From: Clostridia bacterium
GTDB lineage: Bacteria > Bacillota > Clostridia > Oscillospirales > QAKW01
Assembly (NCBI GenBank): GCA_017436525.1
Contig: JAFSCX010000047.1
Location: forward strand, 53,198 to 117,197
Length of the DNA: 64,000 bases
Direction of reading: 5' to 3'
The position numbers and the translations under genes were made by a program. A model generated the notes under the pieces. The model saw only the letters and a program-made list of their open reading frames with translations, made no database searches and was not told the origin of the DNA. This document shows, piece after piece, positions 42,515-50,333 of the stretch; the first letter of the stretch is position 1; the number at the start of each line of letters is the position of its first letter.

Positions 42515-44803
42515 ATGGAACAACAAATAACAGGAATGACTTATAAAATCAGAGAAATGGCGGCGCGCATTAAAGAATTGCGTGAAATCACAGGCCTGAC
42601 CGTTGAGGAAATGGCCGAGCGCACCGGCATCAGTGTAGAAGAATATATCCAAAGCGAAGCGGGCAACCGCAATCTCAGCGTATCGTTCTTATACCACTGC
42701 ACCCTCTCCTTCGGCGTTGATATGGGCGACCTTTTGGAAGGCCGCAGCCCCAAGCTGCGCTCCTATGCCCTGACCAGAAAAGGGCAAGGCCAGCGTATTG
42801 AAGAAGCGCACCATATGGTAGGCTATAACCTTGCGGCAGATTTCCGCAACCGTATCGCCCTCCCCTTGTATATGGAGCTCAACTACCGCCCCGGCGCTGA
42901 ATACGAAGATATTGAGCTGACTACCCATGAAGGGCAGGAATGTGATATTGTGATCCGCGGCCATATGCGGATCCAGATCGGCGGGCATACCGAAATTTTG
43001 CACCCCGGCGATACCATTTATTATGATTCTTCAACCCCTCACGGTATGATTGCTGTAGATGGAGAAGATTGCGCTTTTTATGCCATTGTACTTCGGAATC
43101 TTGCCGCCCGCGCGGAAGAGCAGGCGGCCGCCGAAGCTAAGCCTATTCCCAAAGCGCAGCAGGATGAAGGGAAGGAACGGATCTATCGTAATTTCATCCT
43201 CCCCACCGAGCAGGATGGTAAGCTGACCGCTATTACATTCAAAAATGAAGAAAAATTCAATTTTGCCTACGATATTGTAGACGCTCTGGCAAAACGCAAG
43301 CCGGAAAAGTTGGCAATGATTCACCTGCGTGAAAGCGGAGAAGAGCACCGTTTCACCTTCAACGATATAAAAAAAGAATCTGCCCGAGCCGCCAATTACT
43401 TCAAATCTTTGGGCATTCAAAAAGGCGACCGTGTCATGCTGGTGCTCAAGCGGCACTATCAATTCTGGTTTTCAATCTTGGGCTTGCATAAATTGGGAGC
43501 AGTAGTCATTCCCGCTACCAATCAATTGCAAGAAAAAGATTTCACCTATCGATTTGAAGCAGGCAATGTAAAAGCCATTGTCTGCACAGCAGACGGTGAT
43601 GTTGCAGCGGCAGTAGATGCGGCCGCAGAAAAAACGCCTCATCTCACCACCAAAATTATGGTAGGTGGTTCTCGGGAAGGCTGGCATAATTTCAATGAAG
43701 AATATACCATGTATAGCAGCAGATTCGCCCGCACAGAGGATACTCCCTGCGGATCGGATCCCATGCTGATGTTCTTCACCTCCGGCACCTCCGGATATCC
43801 CAAATTGGCAGCACACAACTATAAATATCCTTTGGGCCATTTCATCACCGCCAAGTATTGGCATCAGGTGAATCCCGATGGCCTGCACCTTACCATTTCC
43901 GATACAGGATGGGCCAAATCCCTTTGGGGCAAGCTCTATGGCCAATGGCTGTGCGAGGCGCCCATCTTTGTATATGATTTCGATCGATTTGACGCAGAGA
44001 AGATTCTGCCCCTCTTCAAGAAATACGGCATCACCACTTTCTGCGCACCGCCCACCATGTATCGTATGCTGATCAAGCAAGATCTCAGCCGCTTTGATCT
44101 TTCATCCATTGAGCACGCGTCCATCGCCGGTGAAGCCCTCAACCCTGAGGTATTCCGCCAATTCAAAAAAGCAACCGGCTTAGAGATTATGGAAGGCTTC
44201 GGCCAATCCGAAAGCACCTTGATTATCGGTAATCTCAGAGGATCCAGCCATAAGGTTGGCTCGATGGGTAAGCCTGTCCCCTTATATGACATTCATCTTT
44301 TGGATGCAGAAGGCAATGAAGTGGCAACCGGTGAAAACGGTGAGGTTTGCATCAATATCAAAGATGGTCTCCCCTGCGGCCTCAGCTATGGCTATGAAGG
44401 CAACGCCGAAACCACCGCCGAGGTATGGAAGGATGGCTGGTATCATACCGGTGATCTTGCGTGGAAAGATGAGGACGGTTTCTTCTGGTATGTGGGCCGC
44501 GTAGATGATGTCATTAAATCTTCCGGCTACCGTATCGGGCCCTTTGAAATTGAAAATGTTATTATGGAATTGCCCTATGTCTTGGAATGCGGCGTTTCTG
44601 CCGCTCCCGATGAAGTCCGCGGGCAGGTCGTAAAAGCCAGCATTGTGTTGGTTAAGAATTTCAAGGGTACCGAAGAATTGAAGAAGGAAATTCAAAATTA
44701 CGTAAAATCCCGCACCGCTCCCTATAAATATCCTCGCATTGTGGAGTTTAGAGAGAGTCTGCCGAAGACTACCAGCGGTAAAATTATTCGCAAGCAACTG
44801 TAA
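42515..44803 (+). CDS. HTH(XRE)-cupin-acyl-CoA synthetase fusion, paralog 2
   Basis: About 762 aa with the same three-module layout as paralog 1. I estimate about 65-70% aa identity by eye. The ATG at 42515 follows GAGGTG. Confidence 0.85.
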   Translation: MEQQITGMTYKIREMAARIKELREITGLTVEEMAERTGISVEEYIQSEAGNRNLSVSFLYHCTLSFGVDMGDLLEGRSPKLRSYALTRKGQGQRIEEAHHMVGYNLAADFRNRIALPLYMELNYRPGAEYEDIELTTHEGQECDIVIRGHMRIQIGGHTEILHPGDTIYYDSSTPHGMIAVDGEDCAFYAIVLRNLAARAEEQAAAEAKPIPKAQQDEGKERIYRNFILPTEQDGKLTAITFKNEEKFNFAYDIVDALAKRKPEKLAMIHLRESGEEHRFTFNDIKKESARAANYFKSLGIQKGDRVMLVLKRHYQFWFSILGLHKLGAVVIPATNQLQEKDFTYRFEAGNVKAIVCTADGDVAAAVDAAAEKTPHLTTKIMVGGSREGWHNFNEEYTMYSSRFARTEDTPCGSDPMLMFFTSGTSGYPKLAAHNYKYPLGHFITAKYWHQVNPDGLHLTISDTGWAKSLWGKLYGQWLCEAPIFVYDFDRFDAEKILPLFKKYGITTFCAPPTMYRMLIKQDLSRFDLSSIEHASIAGEALNPEVFRQFKKATGLEIMEGFGQSESTLIIGNLRGSSHKVGSMGKPVPLYDIHLLDAEGNEVATGENGEVCINIKDGLPCGLSYGYEGNAETTAEVWKDGWYHTGDLAWKDEDGFFWYVGRVDDVIKSSGYRIGPFEIENVIMELPYVLECGVSAAPDEVRGQVVKASIVLVKNFKGTEELKKEIQNYVKSRTAPYKYPRIVEFRESLPKTTSGKIIRKQL

Positions 44804-44814
44804 AAGGTGATATT

Positions 44815-45477
44815 ATGGAGCATAAACGTCTAACCCTCTTTGCCGGCCATTACGGAAGCGGAAAAACCAATATAGCGGTCAACTATGCCTTGATGCTGGC
44901 AAATGAGGGAAAGAAGGTTTGCATTGCAGACTTGGATATTGTAAACCCCTATTTTCGCACAAAGGATAGTGCAGACGAATTGGAAAAAGCAGGTGTGGCA
45001 TTAGTTTCGCCGCAATTTGCCAATTCAAATGTTGATCTGCCGGCTCTTCCGGCCGAAGCCTATCGATTGGTAACAGATAAAGCAACCTATGGTATAATGG
45101 ATATCGGCGGAGATGATCGGGGCGCCTATGCCTTGGGTCGATATGTCCCTTCCATTATTGAGGAGAATTGCTATCGCTTAGTATATGTAGCCAACTGTTA
45201 TCGCCCTCTGACCCGTACCCCCGAGGAGGCGTTGGAGGTCATGAGAGAAATCGAAGCAGCATGCGGATTGCAGTTTACCGATATCATCAATAATTCCAAT
45301 CTCGGAGAAGAAACCACAGCCGAAACGCTGCTGGCATCCCTTGATTATATCGATCAGCTTTGCAAAATCAGCGGGCTTCCCCTCTTTGCCCACACCGCAA
45401 TTCCGCCGGTTGCTGCGGAATTATCAAAAGAATTAACCCCTGTAATTTCTCTGCATCTGCAGAAGAAAATATTTTGA
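44815..45477 (+). CDS. P-loop NTPase (MinD/ParA/CooC-like SIMIBI class), function unknown
   Basis: 220 aa with a deviant Walker A, GHYGSGKTNIAVNYAL, and CIADLDIVNPYFRT. Confidence 0.65.
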   Translation: MEHKRLTLFAGHYGSGKTNIAVNYALMLANEGKKVCIADLDIVNPYFRTKDSADELEKAGVALVSPQFANSNVDLPALPAEAYRLVTDKATYGIMDIGGDDRGAYALGRYVPSIIEENCYRLVYVANCYRPLTRTPEEALEVMREIEAACGLQFTDIINNSNLGEETTAETLLASLDYIDQLCKISGLPLFAHTAIPPVAAELSKELTPVISLHLQKKIF

Positions 45478-45534
45478 TCCACCACCTAATAGGTCGTATG
45501 CCCGACCCAGTGAAAACCCAAGGAGGAATCTTAA

Positions 45535-45741
45535 ATGGCAAAAGTAACATTCCGAACCGATTGGTGCAAAGGCTGTGGCCTGTGCGTCGATGCCTGCCCC
45601 AAAAAATGCTTGGCAATCGATTCCGGCACCATCAACAAAAAGGGATATTCTCCCGCTGTAATGACCCAACCGGATAATTGCATCGGTTGCGCTTTTTGCG
45701 CCACCATGTGCCCCGATTGTATCATCACGGTCGAACGATAA
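45535..45741 (+). CDS. 2-oxoacid:ferredoxin oxidoreductase delta subunit (2x[4Fe-4S] ferredoxin)
   Basis: 68 aa with two CxxCxxCxxxCP motifs (CKGCGLCVDACP, CIGCAFCATMCP). AAGGAGG RBS upstream. Confidence 0.85.
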   Translation: MAKVTFRTDWCKGCGLCVDACPKKCLAIDSGTINKKGYSPAVMTQPDNCIGCAFCATMCPDCIITVER

Positions 45742-45753
45742 AGGAGGCGCAAC

Positions 45754-46815
45754 ATGGCAGAAAGAGTATTAATGAAGGGCAACGAAGCCATTGCGGAAGC
45801 TGCTATTCGCGCAGGCTGCCGCCATTACTTCGGCTACCCCATCACCCCGCAAACGGAAATTGCTGCATATATGGCAAAGAAAATGCCGAAAATCGGCGGT
45901 GTTTTCCTTCAGGCTGAAAGTGAGATCGCATCCATTAATATGGTATATGGCGCGGCGGCAGCAGGTGTAAGAGTAATGACCTCCTCCTCCAGCCCGGGTA
46001 TTTCCCTTAAAGCAGAAGGATTGAGCTATATTGCAGGATCTGATGTGCCCGCATTGGTTGTCAATGTTCAGCGCGGCGGCCCCGGCTTAGGCGGTATTCA
46101 GCCCTCTCAATCCGATTATTTCCAAGCCACAAAAGGCGGCGGCCATGGCGATTATAAAATGATCGTTTTGGCGCCCGCTTCCGTGCAGGAAATGGCAAGC
46201 CTCACCATTAAAGGTTTTAATTTGGCAGATAAATATCTGATGACCTCCATGATTCTGGCAGATGGTACAATCGGCCAAATGATGGAGCCCATCACCTTTG
46301 AAGATGCAGAAATCGAGAATTACGATAAGCCTTGGGCGCTGACCGGAACCAACTGCGAAAGAGCCCATAATATTGTAAATTCCCTGTATCTGAAGCCGGA
46401 TGAGCTTGAGATGAAAAACATCGAGCGCTTTGAGCGCTATAAGCTGATCGAAGAGCGGGAAGCAATGTGGGAAGAATATATGATGGAAGATGCTGAATTT
46501 TGCGTAGTCGCCTTTGGTATCGCCGCCCGTGTAGCTAAAAACGCGGTTGTAGCCGCCCGTAATGAAGGCATTAAGGTTGGCCTTATTCGCCCCATTACCC
46601 TATGGCCTTTCCCCAAAGATGCTTTACTGGCTGCTGCCGATCAGGTTAAGGGCTTTATCTCTGTAGAGCTGAATATGGGTCAGATGATCGAAGATATCCG
46701 CTTGTATACCCAATCCAAAAAACCGGTTGGCCTTTGCAACCGTTGCGGCGGTATGATTCCCGAGCCGGATGAAATTTTAGAGAGCATTCGCAATGCTCAG
46801 AAAGGAGTGTTCTGA
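45754..46815 (+). CDS. 2-oxoacid:ferredoxin oxidoreductase alpha subunit (VorB/KorA-type)
   Basis: 353 aa: MKGNEAIAEAAIRAGCRHYFGYPITPQTEI ... Confidence 0.85.
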   Translation: MAERVLMKGNEAIAEAAIRAGCRHYFGYPITPQTEIAAYMAKKMPKIGGVFLQAESEIASINMVYGAAAAGVRVMTSSSSPGISLKAEGLSYIAGSDVPALVVNVQRGGPGLGGIQPSQSDYFQATKGGGHGDYKMIVLAPASVQEMASLTIKGFNLADKYLMTSMILADGTIGQMMEPITFEDAEIENYDKPWALTGTNCERAHNIVNSLYLKPDELEMKNIERFERYKLIEEREAMWEEYMMEDAEFCVVAFGIAARVAKNAVVAARNEGIKVGLIRPITLWPFPKDALLAAADQVKGFISVELNMGQMIEDIRLYTQSKKPVGLCNRCGGMIPEPDEILESIRNAQKGVF

Positions 46816-46817
46816 TC

Positions 46818-47579
46818 ATGGCAGTCGTATTTAAGAAACCCAACGCTTTGGCAGACATTCCTCTGCACTATTGCCCCGGTTGCCCCCACGGCATTATTCA
46901 CCGCTTAGTTGCGGAAGTAATGGATGAGCTGGGAATCGAAGGGAAAGCCATCGGTGTAGCCCCTGTGGGCTGCGCAGTAATGGCATACGATTATTTTGCA
47001 TGCGATATGATCGAAGCTGCCCATGGCAGAGCGCCTGCTGTGGCAACCGGTATCAAGCGCTCTCGGCCGGAAAATATTGTCTTTACTTATCAAGGGGATG
47101 GCGATCTGGCCTCTATTGGTATGGCCGAGACCGTACATGCCGCAGCGCGCAACGAGAACATTACCGTTATCTTTGTCAACAATGCAATCTATGGTATGAC
47201 CGGCGGTCAGATGGCTCCTACCAGCCTCCCCGGTCAGGTAACCCAGACCTCTCCCTATGGTCGGGATGTAAACCATTGCGGATGGCCCATCAAGGTCTCC
47301 GAAATGCTTTCTACCCTCGACGGACCGGAATATATTGCACGCGTTGCTGCAAACAATGTTAAAAATATTAACCAAGCAAAGAAAGCCATCAAAAAGGCCT
47401 TCCAAAACCAAATTGATGGAAAAGGCTTCTCCCTTGTAGAGGTCGTCTCCGCTTGCCCCACAAACTGGGGTATGACGCCTCAAAAAGCGCTGGAATGGGT
47501 AGAAAGCGATATGCTCCCCTACTATCCGATCGGCGTTTATAAGGACAGAACTGCTGCAAAGGAGGCTGAGCAAAAATGA
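46818..47579 (+). CDS. 2-oxoacid:ferredoxin oxidoreductase beta subunit (TPP-binding)
   Basis: 253 aa with HYCPGCPHGIIHR and a GDGD-type TPP motif (YQGDGDLASIG). Confidence 0.85.
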   Translation: MAVVFKKPNALADIPLHYCPGCPHGIIHRLVAEVMDELGIEGKAIGVAPVGCAVMAYDYFACDMIEAAHGRAPAVATGIKRSRPENIVFTYQGDGDLASIGMAETVHAAARNENITVIFVNNAIYGMTGGQMAPTSLPGQVTQTSPYGRDVNHCGWPIKVSEMLSTLDGPEYIARVAANNVKNINQAKKAIKKAFQNQIDGKGFSLVEVVSACPTNWGMTPQKALEWVESDMLPYYPIGVYKDRTAAKEAEQK

Positions 47580-48112
47580 AGACAACTCAAATTCTGATTG
47601 CCGGCTTCGGCGGGCAGGGAATCTTATTTGCCGGCAAATTTTTGGCATATAAAGGATTGACAGAAGAATTGCAGGTATCTTGGCTTCCTTCCTATGGCCC
47701 CGAGATGCGCGGCGGCACCGCAAACTGCAATGTAATTCTATCCGACACTCCCGTCGGCAGCCCGATCATTACCCAACCGGATGTCCTGATCGCCATGAAT
47801 CTTCCTTCCCTGCAAAAATATGTAGATACCGTCGTATCGGGTGGGCAGATTTATGTAGACAGCGCCCTGATTGATGAAAAGGTAGCCCGCGAAGATGTAG
47901 AAGTTTTTTATATCCCCGCCACTCAGATCGCTAAAAGCGAAGGAATTGCAACGCTGGCCAATATGATTATGATCGGCCATCTCTTGGAAAATAATCCTCA
48001 GCTTTCTTTTGATGGCACAGAAGAAGTTGTAAAAAAATTAGTCCCCCCCGCAAAGGCAGCGCTGGTTGAATTAAATCTTAAAGCGCTGACTCTCGGAAAA
48101 GAATACAAATAA
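47576..48112 (+). CDS. 2-oxoacid:ferredoxin oxidoreductase gamma subunit
   Basis: 178 aa with ILIAGFGGQGILFAGKFLA and GPEMRGG. It overlaps the beta-subunit stop by 4 nt. Confidence 0.85.
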   Translation: MKTTQILIAGFGGQGILFAGKFLAYKGLTEELQVSWLPSYGPEMRGGTANCNVILSDTPVGSPIITQPDVLIAMNLPSLQKYVDTVVSGGQIYVDSALIDEKVAREDVEVFYIPATQIAKSEGIATLANMIMIGHLLENNPQLSFDGTEEVVKKLVPPAKAALVELNLKALTLGKEYK

Positions 48113-48159
48113 TTGTAAATTATGCCCGTCGAGGCAAGAATATTTTGGAGGTAAATACT

Positions 48160-49191
48160 ATGAATGCAATGACAGAAATGACCAACTATCGCCATGAAAA
48201 GGTGCTCTTTGTCAACAACGAGAAAGCCGGCCTTAAGGCAATTATCGCTGTCCACAACACCAACCTTGGCCCCGCCATCGGCGGTTGCCGCCTTTTCCCT
48301 TATGAATCTTATGACGCAGCTCTTTTCGATGTATTGCGTCTTTCTCGCGGTATGTCCCATAAAAATGCTGTTGCCGGCCTGCCCCATGGCGGCGGTAAGG
48401 GTGTAATCATTGCTGATCCTTCTCAAAAGACTGAAGCAATGTTTGAAGCCTTTGCTGAGGCAGTAGAGAACCTGGGTGGCCAATATATCACCGCCGAGGA
48501 TGTAAATACCACCTGCGATGATGCTATGGTAATGCTTCGCAAGACCAAGCATCTCTGCGGCCTGCCCATGAATAGCGGCGATCCCTCCCCCTTCACCGCA
48601 AGAGGTGTATGGCAGGGCATCAAGGCCACTGCAAAGGTTGCTTTAGGCAGCGATAATCTGGATGGCCTTACCATCGCTGTGCAGGGTCTTGGTAAAGTTG
48701 GTTATGATCTTTGCCGTCTGCTCCATGAAAGCGGCGCAAAGTTGATTGTTGCCAATCGGAGCAATAAGGAAATGCTGGCGAAAGCGCAGGCGGAATTTGG
48801 CGCTAAGGTTGTGGATACCAAAGACATTATGGCTCAGGAATGTGATATCTTCTCCCCCAATGCCATGGGCGCTATTCTGAACCCCAATACCATCCCCACC
48901 CTGCGCTGCAAGGCGGTTGCCGGTGGTGCCAACAATCAGATTCTGGATGATGCTTCCGGCCTTGCACTGAAGGCACGCGGCATCTTCTACGCTCCTGATT
49001 TTGTCATCAATGGTGGTGGTGTTATCAATGCTGCTGCCGAGGTAGACGGCCCCTACAACAAAGAGGTTGTTCTTGAGAAGGTAGATAATATTTATAATAC
49101 CATCGAGCATATCCTCACTGAGTCCAAGAAGACCGGTGAGCCTGAGGGTGTTATTGCAACTCGCTATGCAGAGTCTATCATCTATCGTTAA
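48160..49191 (+). CDS. Leucine/valine/isoleucine (Glu/Leu/Phe/Val family) dehydrogenase
   Basis: About 343 aa with the catalytic-Lys region LPHGGGKGVIIADP and the Rossmann motif VQGLGKVGYDL. The ATG at 48160 follows GGAGGT; the track start at 48145 is a TTG. Confidence 0.85.
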   Translation: MNAMTEMTNYRHEKVLFVNNEKAGLKAIIAVHNTNLGPAIGGCRLFPYESYDAALFDVLRLSRGMSHKNAVAGLPHGGGKGVIIADPSQKTEAMFEAFAEAVENLGGQYITAEDVNTTCDDAMVMLRKTKHLCGLPMNSGDPSPFTARGVWQGIKATAKVALGSDNLDGLTIAVQGLGKVGYDLCRLLHESGAKLIVANRSNKEMLAKAQAEFGAKVVDTKDIMAQECDIFSPNAMGAILNPNTIPTLRCKAVAGGANNQILDDASGLALKARGIFYAPDFVINGGGVINAAAEVDGPYNKEVVLEKVDNIYNTIEHILTESKKTGEPEGVIATRYAESIIYR

Positions 49192-49211
49192 AAATTAGGT
49201 TATCAACATAT

Positions 49212-49250
49212 AAATCCCCTTAGGGTCAATCTCTTGCCCTAAGGGGATTT
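49212..49250. terminator. Bidirectional terminator ending the T-box(Ile) operon
   Basis: 14-bp stem AAATCCCCTTAGGG ... CCCTAAGGGGATTT. Confidence 0.85.
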
Positions 49251-49266
49251 ATTCATATCATTTAAT

Positions 49267-49593
49267 TTATAAAAGTTCCTTTAATTTATCAAGAAATGCA
49301 TTTTCGCCCCAAGTGTTCAATTTGAAGAAAACCGCTTGGCTTCCTCCGGCTGTTATCGCAGAAAGGTAAATCGGACTATCACCATTTTGAAAGAGTGTTA
49401 TGCTCATGCTGACGCGATTTCCGCCCGCGTAGCTGAATCGTTCAAATACGCGAACACTGCATCTGGCATCACCGCTCTGAAAATCGCTGGACTCTTCAAG
49501 AGAGGCAGAAATACTTCCATTTAATATTCCTGCTTCAATTTTTTGAAGCCAGTGCGAAAAATCACCGTTCAGCGAACATTGTAATTTAGCCAT
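49267..49593 (-). CDS. 108-aa hypothetical protein
   Basis: The ATG at 49593 is preceded by GGAGGA: MAKLQCSLNGDFSHWLQKIEAGILNG ... The promoter TTGATT-17-TATAAT lies upstream. The upstream part of the 176-aa track ORF lacks an RBS. Confidence 0.5.
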   Translation of the reverse strand: MAKLQCSLNGDFSHWLQKIEAGILNGSISASLEESSDFQSGDARCSVRVFERFSYAGGNRVSMSITLFQNGDSPIYLSAITAGGSQAVFFKLNTWGENAFLDKLKELL

Positions 49594-49674
49594 ATGATAT
49601 CCTCCATGTATCTTAATAAAAACTTTTTCGATATTATTATTTTTGATTATTATAGCATAAAAGCGGCGAAAAAT

Positions 49675-49853
49675 CAATGCAAAGCATTGTATGTAATCCG
49701 CAACTTGTTGCGGAATGTAATCCACCGTAGGTGGTATGTAATCAATCTGAAGGAAGAAACATACAAAGCTTACGCTTTGATGACATACCGTTTGCAACGC
49801 AAACGGATTACATACTCGCTCACGCGAGATTACATACCAATCCTTCGGATTGG
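49675..49853. repeat. Mirror-symmetric array of 7 distinct GC-rich hairpins separated by conserved heptamers (ATGTAAT x3, then ATTACAT-type x3)
   Basis: Hairpins: CAATGC/GCATTG 49675-49689, CCGCAA/TTGCGG 49698-49713, CCACC/GGTGG 49722-49734, CAAAGC/GCTTTG 49764-49779, CCGTTTGC/GCAAACGG 49788-49806, CTCGC/GCGAG 49815-49828 and CCAATCC/GGATTGG 49837-49853. Heptamers: ATGTAAT at 49691, 49715 and 49736; ATGACAT at 49780; ATTACAT at 49807 and 49829. Confidence 0.9.
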
Positions 49854-49860
49854 ATAAAAA

Positions 49861-49889
49861 TAAGACAGTCCGAAGACTGTCTTATTTTT
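49861..49889. terminator. Bidirectional terminator abutting the tRNA-Thr 3' end
   Basis: AAGACAGTC-cgaa-GACTGTCTT with T-runs on both strands. Confidence 0.8.
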
Positions 49890-49965
49890 TGGAGCTGCTA
49901 ACCAGATTTGAACTGGTGACCTCATCCTTACCAAGGATGCACTCTACCACCTGAGCTATAGCAGC
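49890..49965 (-). tRNA. tRNA-Thr (anticodon GGT), CCA encoded
   Basis: Sense strand reads GCTGCTATAGCTCAGGTGGTAGAGTG-CATCC-TTGGTAA-GGATG ... CCAGTTCAAATCTGG ... TAGCAGCTCCA. Confidence 0.9.
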
Positions 49966-49968
49966 AAA

Positions 49969-50045
49969 TGGCGACCCGGATGGGGCTCGAACCCACGACC
50001 TCTAGCGTGACAGGCTAGCGTTCTAACCAACTGAACTACCGGGCC
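49969..50045 (-). tRNA. tRNA-Asp (anticodon GTC), CCA encoded
   Basis: Sense strand reads GGCCCGGTAGTTCAGTTGGTTAGAACG-CTAGC-CTGTCAC-GCTAG ... GTGGGTTCGAGCCCCAT ... CCGGGTCGCCA. The promoter is TTTACA (rc 50100-50105)-17-TATAAT (rc 50077-50082). Confidence 0.9.
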
Positions 50046-50154
50046 AATGAAGCATTTTTCTTCAAAATGCTTCATTATTATACACAACTCTTTGATGTTT
50101 GTAAAGACATTTTTTCAAAAAAATAGACTTTTTTCAAAAAAAGGTTGACACACG

Positions 50155-50320
50155 CTGTTCTCTGTGGTATCCTAAATGAGCAAAAAGAAGTAGGATAGAT
50201 TGTTCTGTTCTCACCCTGCGTTATGAAACAGCAGCGGTTAACATGGTTTCACTTGATATTTTCAGGTGTTTTTATGTTTTGAGACGAGCAATTTATTTTG
50301 CTCGTTTTATTATTTTTTCG
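50155..50320 (+). promoter_or_regulatory. infC-rpmI-rplT leader with attenuator terminator (L20-leader type)
   Basis: The promoter is TTGACA (50143-50148)-17-TATCCT, followed by a ~170-nt leader. The leader ends in ACGAGCAA-tttatt-TTGCTCGT + T-run (50283-50320) just before the infC RBS. This matches the known L20 autoregulatory arrangement in Firmicutes, but the Rfam class was not verified. Confidence 0.5.
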
Positions 50321-50333
50321 GAGGTGTGGAAAC

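Noticed and set aside
40431-44797. Minus-strand ORFs of 100-236 aa across the two ligase paralogs.
   Set aside because: They are antisense shadows, and the same spurious frames recur in both paralogs because of shared codon structure.
46905-47723. A 272-aa minus-strand ORF.
   Set aside because: It is antisense to the VOR beta and gamma subunits and has no motifs.
49594-49797. The N-terminal 68 aa of the 176-aa track ORF.
   Set aside because: This part has no RBS and overlaps the promoter and hairpin array. A strong GGAGGA RBS precedes the internal ATG at 49593.
49675-49853. CRISPR array?
   Set aside because: The repeated unit is only 7-9 nt and the intervening sequences are 12-19-nt self-complementary hairpins. 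No cas genes are in the window, so it is not a CRISPR.
50046-50076. The hairpin AATGAAGCATTTT ... AAAATGCTTCATT as a terminator.
   Set aside because: It lies just downstream of the tRNA operon promoter (-10 at 50077-50082), inside the precursor 5' leader. It has no T-run in the transcribed direction and is more likely a processing or leader structure.
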